Shown in pieces: positions 49,403 through 59,757 of a stretch of DNA of 64,000 nucleotides. Position numbers and translations under genes: made by a program. Every line of letters begins with the position of its first letter. The first letter of the stretch is position 1. The notes under the pieces were generated by a model, which saw only the letters and a list, made by a program, of their open reading frames with translations, was not told the DNA's origin and ran no database searches. The stretch covers positions 8,271-72,270 of the forward strand of contig JAUMXB010000008.1 in the NCBI GenBank assembly GCA_030529365.1, in the 5' to 3' direction. Source of the DNA: Cardiobacteriaceae bacterium (GTDB lineage Bacteria > Pseudomonadota > Gammaproteobacteria > Cardiobacteriales > Cardiobacteriaceae).

Positions 49403-50344
49403 TCAGAACACGCCGGTATCGCGCCAGGCGAGCAGTTCGTCGCGACTGATGACGAGCACGCCTTCGCCGCCGCGTTCCAGTTCCGCCCAGTCGAAGGCAA
49501 CCTGAGGATAGGCAGCTTCCAGCAGCGGCCAGCTCATGCCCACTTCAAGCACGAGGATGCCGTCTTCGCCGAGATAATCGGCTGCTTCGTGAAGCAGGCG
49601 GCGGGTGAAATCGAGGCCGTCTTCGCCGGATACCAGTGCATGGCGCGGTTCGTGCAGAAACTCGGCGGCGATGCTGTCCATTTCCGCGGCTTCGACGTAG
49701 GGCGGGTTGCACAGGATCCAGTCGAATCCGCCGTCGGCGAGGTCGTCCACGGCGGAGAGACCGTCGCCCTGCACGAGGATGATGTCGTTTTCCAGACCGT
49801 AGGCCTCGACGTTGAGCATGGCGACATCGAGCGCGTCATCATCGATGTCGGCGAGCACGACTTCCGCTTCCGGGCAGGTGAGGGCGGCAACGATGCCAAT
49901 GCAGCCGCTGCCGGTGCAGAGATCAAGAATGCGTGCAGGCTCGCGTTCTTCCGGCCACCACGGCGCGAGACGCTTTTCGATGAGTTCGGCAATCGGCGAG
50001 CGCGGGATGAGTACGCGTTCGTCAACCTGGAATTCGTAGCCGCCATAGAGGGTGCGACCGGTCAGGTAGGGTACGGGCATGCGCTCATGGATGCGGCGGT
50101 GCAGGGCATGGTGCAGCCGCTCGCGTTCCTCGGGCAGAAGAACGGCGGAAAAATAGTCGTGATGCAAATCAAAGGGCAGGTTGAGGAGGCCGAGAACGAG
50201 GGCGGCAGCTTCGTCGAGCGGGCTGCTGGTGCCATGTCCGTAATGAACGTCGCTTGCCGCGAGCTTTGAGGCGGCATGGCGAATCCAGTCGCGCAGGGTG
50301 GTGAGAACTTGCGGCAGAGGGGGAGTGAGGGCAGTGTGCGGCAT
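49403..50344 (-). CDS. prmB: ribosomal protein L3 N5-glutamine methyltransferase
   Basis: 313 aa; SAM motif ..ILDLCTGSGCIGI.., NPPY catalytic motif. Confidence 0.8.
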   Translation of the reverse strand: MPHTALTPPLPQVLTTLRDWIRHAASKLAASDVHYGHGTSSPLDEAAALVLGLLNLPFDLHHDYFSAVLLPEERERLHHALHRRIHERMPVPYLTGRTLYGGYEFQVDERVLIPRSPIAELIEKRLAPWWPEEREPARILDLCTGSGCIGIVAALTCPEAEVVLADIDDDALDVAMLNVEAYGLENDIILVQGDGLSAVDDLADGGFDWILCNPPYVEAAEMDSIAAEFLHEPRHALVSGEDGLDFTRRLLHEAADYLGEDGILVLEVGMSWPLLEAAYPQVAFDWAELERGGEGVLVISRDELLAWRDTGVF

Positions 50345-50389
50345 GGTTTATCCTTTCTCGAATCTGTCTGTTAGAATGCTTTTCTTTTT

Positions 50390-51538
50390 TTGTCCGGCAT
50401 AGATTACATGAATGAATCCCGAATTTTCTGGTTGGCGTTTTTCATCGTCAGCGGCTACCTGCTGTATATCCTGAGTCCGATCCTGACGCCGTTTATCATA
50501 TCAGCCCTGCTCGCCTATCTGGGCGATCCAGTGTGCGACAAGCTGGAAGCGCGCGGTATGTCGCGCCAGCTCTCGGTGATCACGGTATTTGCAAGCCTTA
50601 TCCTCATTTTCGTGCTGGTGGTGCTGGTGCTGATTCCCACGGTGAGCAGCCAGTTGCAGAATCTCATCAACAAGCTGCCGGATTACGCCGCGTGGTTCAA
50701 CGATACCGTGATGCCCTATATCGGCAAAAAACTCGGTATTACGCTCGATGCCGACAATATCCAGAACGCGATCAGGGACAACCTCGGCAATGCCACCAGC
50801 GTGCTGCAAAGTTTCCTGCTCGGCTTCAGCCAGCCGGCGGGTGCCATCCTCACCTGGATTACCTATATGTTCATGATTCCGGTGATTACCTTCTATCTGC
50901 TGCGCGACTGGGATGTGCTCATTGCCAAGGTTGGTGAACTGATTCCCATGACCAAGGTGCCGGTGGCGCGCGAGCTGGCCTGCCGTTCCGACGAGGTGCT
51001 CGGCGGCTTCATGCGCGGGCAGATGCTGGTGATGGTGGCGCTGGGCGTCATTTATTCCATTGGCCTTACGCTGCTCGGGCTGGATCTTGCCATTGTGATC
51101 GGCATGTTCGCGGGCCTGGTCAGCTTTGTGCCCTATCTCGGCCTGATCGTCGGCATCCTGATTGCCGGCATCATGGCCATTCTCCAGTTCCACGACTGGG
51201 CGCATCCGGCCGGCGTGGTTGTCGTCTTCACCGTGGCGCAGATGATCGAAGGCATGTTCCTCACCCCGAAATTTGTCGGCGACCGCACCGGCCTGCATCC
51301 GGTGGCCGTGCTGTTTTCCGTGCTCGCCGGCGGGCAGCTGTTTGGCTTCATGGGCATTCTGCTCGCCTTGCCGGTGGCCGCCATCATCAACGTCTTCCTC
51401 GGATATTTCAAAAGCCATTATCTGCAAAGTGATATTTACCAGGATGGCGCGATTGAATTTGGCGATGAACCGCAGCCGGAAATCATTGTGCCCACCATCG
51501 AACTGCCCCCGCATCAGGACAAACGGAATGGCTCATAA
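50390..51538 (+). CDS. AI-2E family transporter (PerM/YhhT-like, UPF0118)
   Basis: 382 aa; eight predicted TM helices; family assigned from length and TM topology. Confidence 0.8.
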   Translation: MSGIDYMNESRIFWLAFFIVSGYLLYILSPILTPFIISALLAYLGDPVCDKLEARGMSRQLSVITVFASLILIFVLVVLVLIPTVSSQLQNLINKLPDYAAWFNDTVMPYIGKKLGITLDADNIQNAIRDNLGNATSVLQSFLLGFSQPAGAILTWITYMFMIPVITFYLLRDWDVLIAKVGELIPMTKVPVARELACRSDEVLGGFMRGQMLVMVALGVIYSIGLTLLGLDLAIVIGMFAGLVSFVPYLGLIVGILIAGIMAILQFHDWAHPAGVVVVFTVAQMIEGMFLTPKFVGDRTGLHPVAVLFSVLAGGQLFGFMGILLALPVAAIINVFLGYFKSHYLQSDIYQDGAIEFGDEPQPEIIVPTIELPPHQDKRNGS

Positions 51539-52430
51539 ACAATCCCATGCACTGGCGCTTGCCGCCGCCCTTTCCCTGGCAGCATGCAGCAGCGCCATCG
51601 ACGAACACGGCTACACCCTCGATCCGCTGGAGCCGGTGAACCGCGTGGTGTTTACCTTCAACGATGCGCTCGATACCACCTTGCTCAAGCCGGTGAGCCG
51701 GGCATACGACTTCATCACGCCACGTCCGGTGCAGACCGGCGTCAACAACTTCTTTGGCAATCTCGATGATGTCGGATCCTTTGCCAACAGCCTGTTCCAG
51801 CTCAAATTCAGGCAATCCATGCAAGTGCTGGCGCGCGTGATCAACAACACCGTCTTCGGCCTTGGCGGCATCTTCGACGTGGCCACGCCGATGGGCAACA
51901 AGAAAATCCACGCCGATTTCGGCAGCACGCTTGATCATTACGGCGTCAAATCCGGGCCTTATGTGGTATTGCCGCTGCTCGGCCCGTCCACCGTGCGCGA
52001 TGCCGGCGGGCGCGCCGTCGATGCATTTACCACCGCGCCGCTCGGCTATCTCGAACCGGAGCGGCACCGCTGGATGGCGCGCGGTCTGCAAACCGTGCAG
52101 ACGCGCGCCAATCTGCTCAAGGCCGAGCAAACCCTTGGCCGCGATCAGCAGACCGACCGCTACGCGCTCATCCGCGACAGCTGGCTGCAATACCGCTGGG
52201 CGCAGCTCTATGGCGAAGACGCGAAAAGCGCCAAGCAGGATGCCATGGATGCCATCTTTGCCGACGAACTGGGCGAAGGCGGCCTCGCGCCATCCGAACA
52301 GACGCCGCCAGCAGAGGATGCCGCCATGGATGCCATTTTTGCCGAAGAACAGGCCGCCGAACCTCCGGCGCAAGGCGAATTGCCCGGTTTCAGGTGGGTG
52401 TGGCCAACGGATGGCAGCAAAGCGCAATAA
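51528..52430 (+). CDS. mlaA: phospholipid-binding lipoprotein MlaA (VacJ)
   Basis: 300 aa from Met86 of track ORF; lipobox LAACSS; ..LDPLEPVNRVVFTFND..RAYDFITP..FGNLDDV..; Ala/Glu-rich C-terminal extension. Confidence 0.8.
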   Translation: MAHKQSHALALAAALSLAACSSAIDEHGYTLDPLEPVNRVVFTFNDALDTTLLKPVSRAYDFITPRPVQTGVNNFFGNLDDVGSFANSLFQLKFRQSMQVLARVINNTVFGLGGIFDVATPMGNKKIHADFGSTLDHYGVKSGPYVVLPLLGPSTVRDAGGRAVDAFTTAPLGYLEPERHRWMARGLQTVQTRANLLKAEQTLGRDQQTDRYALIRDSWLQYRWAQLYGEDAKSAKQDAMDAIFADELGEGGLAPSEQTPPAEDAAMDAIFAEEQAAEPPAQGELPGFRWVWPTDGSKAQ

Positions 52431-52449
52431 AACATGAAAAGGCAGTTTT

Positions 52450-52532
52450 TTGGTAAAAAGTCACCATTAAAAGCGCTTATGATAGAGTTTTTTTATCGCA
52501 ATAAGCGCTTGTTGGTGAGAAAATTTACCATA
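52450..52532. repeat. type-1 palindromic-unit repeat, copy 20
   Basis: GGTAAAAAGTCACCATTAAAAGCGCTTATGATAGAGTTTTTTTATCGCAATAAGCGCTTGTTGGTGAGAAAATTTACC. Confidence 0.8.
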
Positions 52533-52555
52533 CATTCCTGGGCGGGGCTTGCCTC

Positions 52556-53503
52556 ATGAGCGGCAAGCTCAGCCATCAGCAACACCGGCGCATCCGCGCG
52601 CAACACGAGCGCCGCCTCGAAGCCGCGGATGCCGACGCCGCCATCGTCGTCGCCCATCTCGGCTACGAAGTCATCGTCAGCCACCACGGCGAACTGCATG
52701 CCTGCGACTGGCGCAAGCGCAGCAACGACATCGCCGTCAACGACCGCGTACTCGTGCGCCACGGCAAGGATGGCCGCCCCGTCATCGAAGCCGTCTATCC
52801 GCGCGAGCGCACCCTCTACAAATGGCAGGGGCGCAAGGCCAAGCCCGTCGTCAGCCATATCGACCAGCTGCTCGTCTGCATTGCCATCGAACCCGCTTTC
52901 CAGACCGCCCTCATCGACCGCTATCTCATCGCCGCGCGCGAAGCCGGCATTGAAGCCGCCATCCTCGTCAACAAGACCGACCTCGCCGATGCCGCCGCCC
53001 GTGCCGCGCTCGACGCACAGCTCTCGCCCTACCGGATGCTCGGGCACAGCATCTTCTACGCCGCCGTGGAACAGCGCCTCGGCCTTGCCGCCCTCGAAGA
53101 CTGGCTCACGGGCAGGGAAACCGTGCTGTGCGGCCAGTCCGGCGTCGGCAAGTCCAGCCTCATCAAACAGCTCATTCCCGACGCCGACATCTGGATACAG
53201 GCCATCTCGCAAGCCACCGGCCTCGGCCGCCACACCACCACCAACCTGCGCCGCTATCCGCTCGACGACGCCACCGCGCTCATCGATACCCCCGGCGTGC
53301 GCGGCTTTGCCCTCACCCATCTCGAACGCGAACAAATACTGGCCGGCTACCCCGACATCACCGCCCACGCTGCGCATTGCCGCTTTGCCGATTGCAGCCA
53401 TCATCACGAGCCCGACTGCGCCGTGCAGCTCGCCCTGGCAAACGGCGACATCGTCCGCGCCCGCTACGACAGCCTCATGCAACTCCTGGATGAAACCCCA
53501 TGA
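52556..53503 (+). CDS. rsgA: ribosome small-subunit-dependent GTPase A
   Basis: 315 aa; G motifs VNKTDL, GQSGVGKSS, DTPG; C-terminal zinc finger CRFADCSHHHEPDC. Confidence 0.85.
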   Translation: MSGKLSHQQHRRIRAQHERRLEAADADAAIVVAHLGYEVIVSHHGELHACDWRKRSNDIAVNDRVLVRHGKDGRPVIEAVYPRERTLYKWQGRKAKPVVSHIDQLLVCIAIEPAFQTALIDRYLIAAREAGIEAAILVNKTDLADAAARAALDAQLSPYRMLGHSIFYAAVEQRLGLAALEDWLTGRETVLCGQSGVGKSSLIKQLIPDADIWIQAISQATGLGRHTTTNLRRYPLDDATALIDTPGVRGFALTHLEREQILAGYPDITAHAAHCRFADCSHHHEPDCAVQLALANGDIVRARYDSLMQLLDETP

Positions 53504-53727
53504 CCGAACCCCAGAGCCTTGAAAACCGCCTGAAAGCCCTCGCCGAACTCGTCGAGCAACTGGAACGCGGCGACATCCCTCTCGAAGAAGCGCTGCGCCA
53601 GTATGAACAGGGCATCGCCCTTGTGCGCGAATGCCAGCGCCAGCTCACTGAAGCCGAACAAACCATTCTTCGCCTCCAGCAAAACGGCGAACGCGAAACC
53701 CTTGTGCCGTTTCATGAGGAAGATTGA
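53500..53727 (+). CDS. xseB: exodeoxyribonuclease VII small subunit
   Basis: 75 aa; ..FEQALAELE.-like core (LKALAELVEQLERGDIPLEEALRQYEQGIALVRECQ). Confidence 0.85.
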   Translation: MTEPQSLENRLKALAELVEQLERGDIPLEEALRQYEQGIALVRECQRQLTEAEQTILRLQQNGERETLVPFHEED

Positions 53728-53806
53728 AAGCACAAAAAAGCAGGGTGGGAGTATGCAAGTTTGATTCGTCTGAAGCCCCCAGTTAGCTACGAAGTGTTTC
53801 AATCCC

Positions 53807-53990
53807 CTGGGCGCAGCCGCAGAAGCGGGGCTTTTTTGGCGGGGACACGGGCTTGGGTGTTTGAGCGACAGCGAGTTTACAAGCCCGCCGCCAAAAGCCC
53901 CGCGGCAAGGGAAAACTGCGCCCCGGGGTCGCTTTTCTTTGCCTACTTTCTTTGGCGACGCAAAGAAAGTAGGTGGCCGCGCGGCCATGA
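53807..53990. repeat. cluster of inverted repeats in xseB-ispA spacer
   Basis: ~38-bp arms CCCCTGGGCGCAG..GCGGGGCTTTTTTGGCGG (53807-53845) and inverted partner (53885-53929); perfect 13-bp hairpin CCTACTTTCTTTG-GCGACG-CAAAGAAAGTAGG (53943-53974); 14-bp palindrome TGGCCGCGCGGCCA (53975-53988). Confidence 0.5.
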
Positions 53991-54051
53991 AGCGCAATCT
54001 CGAAAAAAGCCCTAATCCCCATCTTTACATCCAACATATTTCCCAAACCCC

Positions 54052-54921
54052 ATGACCCCCACCGACCTTCTCCCCCGCTGGCAACAACGCAGCGAAGCAC
54101 AACTCGCCGCCGCGCTTCCCGATGACGGCAGCCGTCTCACCGCCGCCATGCGCTATGCCCTGCTCGATGGCGGCAAGCGCCTGCGCGCCGCGCTCATCCA
54201 TGCCACCGCCGCCGATTTCGCCGTGCCGCCCGAGGCCGTGGATGCTGCCGTGTGCGCCGTGGAAGCCATTCATGCCTATTCCCTCATCCATGACGACCTG
54301 CCCGCCATGGACGATGACGACCTGCGCCGCGGCAAACCCAGTTGCCACAAGGCCTTCGACGAAGCCACCGCCATTCTCGCCGGCGATGCGCTGAATACGC
54401 TCGCTTTCGAATGGCTTGCGGCAAGCGCCTTGCCGGCTGACGTGCGCCTCGCGCAAATCCGCGTGCTGGCGCAGGCTGCCGGCTATCAGGGCATGGTCGC
54501 CGGGCAAAGCCTCGACATGGCGCACACCGGCACCGCCGCCGATCTTGCTACTTTGCAAACCATCCACCGCGGCAAAACCGGCGCATTGCTTGCCGCCAGC
54601 CTGCATTTGCCAGCGCTGGCTAGCGCCGATTACGCCGCGCACCGTGCAACCCTCGACACTCTCGGCGAACATCTGGGCCTGCTCTATCAAATCAGCGACG
54701 ACATCCTCGACGCCACGGCCGACAGCCAAACGCTTGGCAAAACCGCAGGCAAGGATGCGGCGCAAGACAAAACCACCTATATCAGCCTGCTCGGCCTTGA
54801 CGCGAGCCGCGCCGAAGCGGAGCGCCATTACCGTGCGGCGCTGGCCTGCTGTGCGCAATTGCCGGGGCAGGGGCAGCATCTTGCCGCGCTGCTGGCGCGG
54901 ATATACCGGCGCAGTCACTGA
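54052..54921 (+). CDS. ispA: (2E,6E)-farnesyl diphosphate synthase
   Basis: 289 aa; first and second Asp-rich motifs IHDDLPAMDDDDLRRG and ..ISDDILD.. Confidence 0.9.
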   Translation: MTPTDLLPRWQQRSEAQLAAALPDDGSRLTAAMRYALLDGGKRLRAALIHATAADFAVPPEAVDAAVCAVEAIHAYSLIHDDLPAMDDDDLRRGKPSCHKAFDEATAILAGDALNTLAFEWLAASALPADVRLAQIRVLAQAAGYQGMVAGQSLDMAHTGTAADLATLQTIHRGKTGALLAASLHLPALASADYAAHRATLDTLGEHLGLLYQISDDILDATADSQTLGKTAGKDAAQDKTTYISLLGLDASRAEAERHYRAALACCAQLPGQGQHLAALLARIYRRSH

Positions 54922-54944
54922 CAGCGGGGATCTCATTTTGAATG

Positions 54945-55054
54945 TGAGAAATTTTCTCATATATAAGCGCTTATGGTGAGAAAATTTATCGTGATAAGCG
55001 CTTTAGTATGAGAAAATATATCGCAATAAGCACTTTTAGGTGAGAAGTTTTACC
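54945..55054. repeat. type-1 palindromic-unit repeat, copy 21 (longest, three GAGAAAAT units)
   Basis: GTGAGAAATTTTCTCATATATAAGCGCTTATGGTGAGAAAATTTATCGTGATAAGCGCTTTAGTATGAGAAAATATATCGCAATAAGCACTTTTAGGTGAGAAGTTTTACC. Confidence 0.85.
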
Positions 55055-55300
55055 ATCTGGATTTTTGCCTGTTCAGGACGCAGGTTGAGGTGAGGCTTTG
55101 CCGAACTTCAACACTTTTCCGTCTGCGGCTGCGTCCAGGGGATTTAGAGCGCTTCGTAGTGAGATGGTTCGTTATTGGATAAATCCAAAACGCTCTGTAG
55201 AGACAGTGCTCTGGTGGCGCAAAAGGATTACGTCATGCTCATTTTTTGTGGCCTGCGGCGATATAATGCAACGGTTGCGTTTATCACCAAGGGGGATGTC

Positions 55301-58300
55301 ATGGCGGAAAGGGATGCGTTGCGGGCGTTGTATCTCGCGGACGAAAATCAGGTAGTGGACGGGCTGTTGCACAAGGCGGCATGGCAGGACGATGAATGGC
55401 CACGTACGCAGGCGCTTGCCAGCAGGCTCGTGAACGCCATTCGCGACAAGGCGGGCGTCGGCGTTTTGGAAGCGTTTTTGCAGGAATATCAGCTTTCTTC
55501 CGAAGAGGGCGTGGCGCTGATGTGCCTTGCCGAGGCGATGATGCGCGTGCCTGATGCCGATACGGTCGATGAACTGATTTATGACAAGTTCGGCGAAGCC
55601 AAGTGGCGCAAGCATCTGGGCAAGAGCGATTCGTTCTGGGTGAACGCGGGCACCTGGGGCATGCTTTTCACCGGCAAGATGGTCAATCTCGGACGCGACG
55701 GCGAGGAGAAGATGGCGAATGTCTTCGAACGCCTGTTGCGCACCACGTCCGAGCCGATTATCCGCGCGGCCGTGAAGGCGGGCGTGAAGATGATGGGGCG
55801 GCAGTTCATCCTCGGCGAGACGATTGAAGACGCGCGCAAGCGCGCGGCGGCGATGGAGGCAAAGGGCTACCGCTATTCCTACGACATGCTCGGCGAGGGC
55901 GCGCGCACAGCGGAAGATGCCGAGCGCTACTATCAGGCCTATCTCGATGCCGTGGATGCCATCAGCCGCCAGCAGGATCGCGGCAATGTCTATGAAAACG
56001 CGGGGCTTTCCGTGAAGCTTTCCGCCATTCATCCGCGCTATGAAGTGGCGCAGCGCGAGGCGTGCGTGCCGGCGCTGGTCGAGAAGATGCGCGTTATTTG
56101 CGAGCGCGCGAAAGCGCACAACATCGGCATTACCATCGATGCGGAAGAAGCCTGGCGGCTCGAGCTGTCCATGGATGTGATCGAGCGCCTGTGCGCGCTG
56201 GAATCACTCAAGGGCTGGAATGGGCTGGGTCTTGCCGTGCAGGCGTACCAGAAGCGTTGCCCGGCATTGCTCGACTGGCTGATTGATTTGGGACGGCGGC
56301 ACGGGCGGCGTTTCATGGTGCGGCTCGTCAAGGGGGCGTACTGGGATGGCGAGATCAAATGGTATCAGGAACAGGGTCTTGCCGATTATCCGCTCTTTAC
56401 GCGCAAGGAAAATACGGATGTCTCCTATCTGGCCAACGCGCGCAAGATGCTCGCTGCGCCGGAGGCGATTTATCCGCAGTTCGCCACGCATAACGCGATT
56501 ACCGTGGCTGCCATTCTCGCCCTGACCGAGGGCAAGCATGCGGATTTCGAATTGCAGCGCCTGCACGGCATGGGCGAAGTGCTCCATGCCGAAATCGTCG
56601 AGCACGGCGCGCGCAAGATTGCCTCGCGCATTTACGCGCCAGTCGGCACGCACCGCGACCTGCTTTCCTATCTGGTGCGGCGTCTGCTGGAAAACGGCGC
56701 CAATTCGTCGTTCGTCAATCACGTTTCCGACGAATCGGTGAGCGTTGCCGAGCTGGTGGTTGATCCCGTGGCGAAAGCGGCCGCTAACCAGCCGCGCCGC
56801 AATCCCAATATTCCCCTGCCCACGCAAATCTTCGCGCCGCGCAAGAATTCGCAAGGGCTGGATCTCACGTTCCCGCCGGTGTACGGGCATGTCGAGGCCA
56901 TCTTGCAGCCCGGCGACTGGCGCGCCACTTCCCTGATTGCCGGAGTAGAGATAGAAGAAGCGGGTGAAGCGGTCTATGCGCCCCAGGACAGAAGCCTTGC
57001 CATCGGTCGCGTGAAAAACGCCAGCGTACAGGATGCCGCGCTGGCCGTGGCGAAGGCGGAAGAGGGCTTTGCGCGCTGGTCGCAAACGCCGGTCAGCGAG
57101 CGCGCACGTCTGGCGCGCAAGCTTGCGGACGCTTACGAAGCGCATATGGATGACTGGCTGCGCCTTGCCGTGTTCGAAGCAGGGAAAATCTGGCCGGATG
57201 CGGTAGCCGAAGTGCGCGAGGCCGTGGATTTCTGCCGTTATTACGCCGATGAAATCGAGCGTATGGACAGCGCTGGGCTGCGCGCGCAGGGCGTGTGGAT
57301 ATGCATCAGTCCATGGAATTTTCCGCTGGCGATTTTCACCGGGCAGGTGATGGCGGCGCTGATGGCGGGCAATACCGTGGTCGCGAAACCGGCGGAGCAA
57401 ACCCCGCTCATCGCCTGTCATGCCGTGGCACTCATGCACGAAGCGGGTTTCCCGAAAGAAGCGGTGCAACTGGTGCTCGGCGATGGCGCGATCGGCGCGG
57501 CGCTCACGCAAAACCCGGCCATTGCCGGTGTGGCCTTTACCGGCTCGACGCAGGTCGCGAAAATCATTGAGAAAGCGCTTTCTGCCGATGGCAAGGCGCG
57601 CACACTGATTGCTGAAACCGGCGGGCAGAACGTGATGGTGGTGGATTCGTCGGCGTTGCCCGAGCAGGTGTGCGATGCGGTGATGAGTTCGGCTTTCCAG
57701 AGCGCGGGGCAGCGCTGCTCGGCACTGCGCATTTTGTGCGTGCAGGATGAGGTTTATGAGCCGGTGCTCGCCATGGTACGCGGTGCGCTGGCCGAACGGG
57801 CGATGGGCAATCCGGTCGCCGCCCGTGTGGATATTGGCCCGGTGATCGACGAAGAGGCGCGCGACAAGCTGGAAGCCTACGTAGCGGCGCGTGCGGACAA
57901 GGTGCTGATGCGCCTGCCCAAGCCGGATGGCAATGGCGTGTACGTATCGCCTGCGATCATCGCCATTGACTCGCTCGATGAGATGGGCGAGGAACAATTC
58001 GGGCCGGTGCTGCATGTGCTGCGTTTTCAAAGCGCCGATTTGCCGGAACTCGTTGCCGACATCAATGCACTTGGCTACGGCCTTACCGGCTGCCTGCACA
58101 CGCGCATCGAAGCGCGGCAGGACTGGTTTGCGCGCCATTTGCAGGTCGGCAACGTCTATATCAACCGCAACCAGATCGGCGCTATTGTCGGCTCGCAACC
58201 CTTTGGCGGGCATGGTCTTTCCGGCACGGGGCCGAAAGCGGGCGGGCCGCTCTACCTGCACCGTTTCCTGAAGGCGGAAGCGCTGCCTGTCGGGATGGCG

Positions 58301-58960
58301 GCAAGCCCGGCGACGGCAATGTGGCCGTCACTCGCCGGCGTCTGGGATATCGCGCGCGATGCGCAGGCCGACTGGGCGGACAAGGCCGGTCGGCAGGCGA
58401 AAAGCATCGTCCACCAATTGAAGCGCTTGTGGCCGGAGGTGTCCGGGCAAGCGCTCGATGCCATTGCCGAGGCGGCAGAACAGGCGGTGAAAACCGTAAC
58501 CATGCCGGGCGTGACCGGCGAACTGAACCAATGGCGCACCGTGCCGCGCGGCGTTTTGGTGCAGCGCGCCGAAAGCTTTGCCGGGGAAGCATTTGTGCAA
58601 ATCGTCGCGGCGCTGCTCTTCGGCAATGCCGTGCTTGCGGAGAATCTGCCGAAAACATGGGCGGAAGGCTTTGCCCGCGCCGGCATTCCGCAGGGGCTGT
58701 TGCAGGGCGTGACTCTCGATGATACCGACTGGCTGAGCGTGCCGCTCGACGGTCTCATGCTTGTGGGCAACAGTACGGCAAGTGTGCGGCAGGCATGGAG
58801 CAAGCGTTTCGGCACAATAGTTCCGCCGTTGACCGTGCCGGTATTGCAGGCAAACGGGCACTTCAATGCCGATGTGCGTACTTTCCTGACGCTGGAACAA
58901 AGCCTCTCCGTCAACATCGCGGCGGCGGGTGGCAATATTCAGCTGTTGGCCATGTCATGA
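55301..58960 (+). CDS. putA: bifunctional proline dehydrogenase / delta-1-pyrroline-5-carboxylate dehydrogenase
   Basis: 1219 aa from ATG with AAGGGGGA SD; PRODH TIM-barrel then ALDH domain with catalytic Cys region; C-terminal ~150 aa domain; track ORF N-terminal 42 codons unsupported. Confidence 0.95.
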   Translation: MAERDALRALYLADENQVVDGLLHKAAWQDDEWPRTQALASRLVNAIRDKAGVGVLEAFLQEYQLSSEEGVALMCLAEAMMRVPDADTVDELIYDKFGEAKWRKHLGKSDSFWVNAGTWGMLFTGKMVNLGRDGEEKMANVFERLLRTTSEPIIRAAVKAGVKMMGRQFILGETIEDARKRAAAMEAKGYRYSYDMLGEGARTAEDAERYYQAYLDAVDAISRQQDRGNVYENAGLSVKLSAIHPRYEVAQREACVPALVEKMRVICERAKAHNIGITIDAEEAWRLELSMDVIERLCALESLKGWNGLGLAVQAYQKRCPALLDWLIDLGRRHGRRFMVRLVKGAYWDGEIKWYQEQGLADYPLFTRKENTDVSYLANARKMLAAPEAIYPQFATHNAITVAAILALTEGKHADFELQRLHGMGEVLHAEIVEHGARKIASRIYAPVGTHRDLLSYLVRRLLENGANSSFVNHVSDESVSVAELVVDPVAKAAANQPRRNPNIPLPTQIFAPRKNSQGLDLTFPPVYGHVEAILQPGDWRATSLIAGVEIEEAGEAVYAPQDRSLAIGRVKNASVQDAALAVAKAEEGFARWSQTPVSERARLARKLADAYEAHMDDWLRLAVFEAGKIWPDAVAEVREAVDFCRYYADEIERMDSAGLRAQGVWICISPWNFPLAIFTGQVMAALMAGNTVVAKPAEQTPLIACHAVALMHEAGFPKEAVQLVLGDGAIGAALTQNPAIAGVAFTGSTQVAKIIEKALSADGKARTLIAETGGQNVMVVDSSALPEQVCDAVMSSAFQSAGQRCSALRILCVQDEVYEPVLAMVRGALAERAMGNPVAARVDIGPVIDEEARDKLEAYVAARADKVLMRLPKPDGNGVYVSPAIIAIDSLDEMGEEQFGPVLHVLRFQSADLPELVADINALGYGLTGCLHTRIEARQDWFARHLQVGNVYINRNQIGAIVGSQPFGGHGLSGTGPKAGGPLYLHRFLKAEALPVGMAASPATAMWPSLAGVWDIARDAQADWADKAGRQAKSIVHQLKRLWPEVSGQALDAIAEAAEQAVKTVTMPGVTGELNQWRTVPRGVLVQRAESFAGEAFVQIVAALLFGNAVLAENLPKTWAEGFARAGIPQGLLQGVTLDDTDWLSVPLDGLMLVGNSTASVRQAWSKRFGTIVPPLTVPVLQANGHFNADVRTFLTLEQSLSVNIAAAGGNIQLLAMS

Positions 58961-59727
58961 AGACAGTCATGCCCGTTTCCAAAAATGACCTAACAGATAT
59001 ATTCCGCATGCCGTCTGTGGTGAACTGCCTTGCTGTCCCGATTTTTGGAATGGGTACTGTGCTGGCGCATGCCCAGGAGGTGCCGGTTGCCCTGTTGCCG
59101 GCCAGCGGCGCACCCGTTGCGGCACAGCCGGCGGATACACCGGTGGCCTCCGGCAAAAGCGCGGCTGATCAGCAGGCGATCATTGCCAAATACGCGCCCA
59201 ATGCCAAGGCGGGCACGCCTGCGCACAGCATGGGGCAGGTGCAAGGCGGCAGCATGGCATCGGCCGCGCCTGCCGAAGCGCCGCCGTGGTCGGGTTATCA
59301 GGCAGCGGAATCGCTTGCCACCAACGGCAACCCCGAGCTCGCCCTGCGCCAGTTGGAAGCGCGGCTCGCAAGCGCTCCGGATGACCGCAAGGCCGCCTAC
59401 CTCAAAGGGCTGATCATGATGCAGATGGGCAAGGGCGAAGAGGCCGAGCGCTGGTTTCGCATGATGCAGGTGAATTTTCCCGAGATGGCACAGCCTTACA
59501 ATGCGCTCGCCGTGATTTACGACAGCCGTGGCGATTTGCCTGCTGCCCGTGATGTGCTGGAAACGCTGCTGCAAAAACAGCCGGAGCATCACAACGCACG
59601 CGTCAATCTCGGCAATATCTATCTCAAACTGGCGCGCGGCGAGTTCGAAAAGGCTCTGAAAGCAAAACCCGATGATGCTATGATTCGCCAGAAACTGAAA
59701 GCCATTCAAGAAGGCGGCGGATCTTAG
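58957..59727 (+). CDS. periplasmic TPR-repeat protein
   Basis: 256 aa from Met55 of track ORF; signal peptide; Ala/Pro-rich linker then TPR repeats; ATGA overlap with putA stop. Confidence 0.6.
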   Translation: MKTVMPVSKNDLTDIFRMPSVVNCLAVPIFGMGTVLAHAQEVPVALLPASGAPVAAQPADTPVASGKSAADQQAIIAKYAPNAKAGTPAHSMGQVQGGSMASAAPAEAPPWSGYQAAESLATNGNPELALRQLEARLASAPDDRKAAYLKGLIMMQMGKGEEAERWFRMMQVNFPEMAQPYNALAVIYDSRGDLPAARDVLETLLQKQPEHHNARVNLGNIYLKLARGEFEKALKAKPDDAMIRQKLKAIQEGGGS

Positions 59728-59757
59728 GCCGCCTTTGCAGATTTTTGAGGAAACGGA

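Noticed and set aside
59700-59757. LexA/SOS box upstream of recA
   Set aside because: No CTGT-N8-ACAG or other recognisable SOS operator in the short recA leader. The operator may lie within the upstream TPR gene or differ in this lineage.
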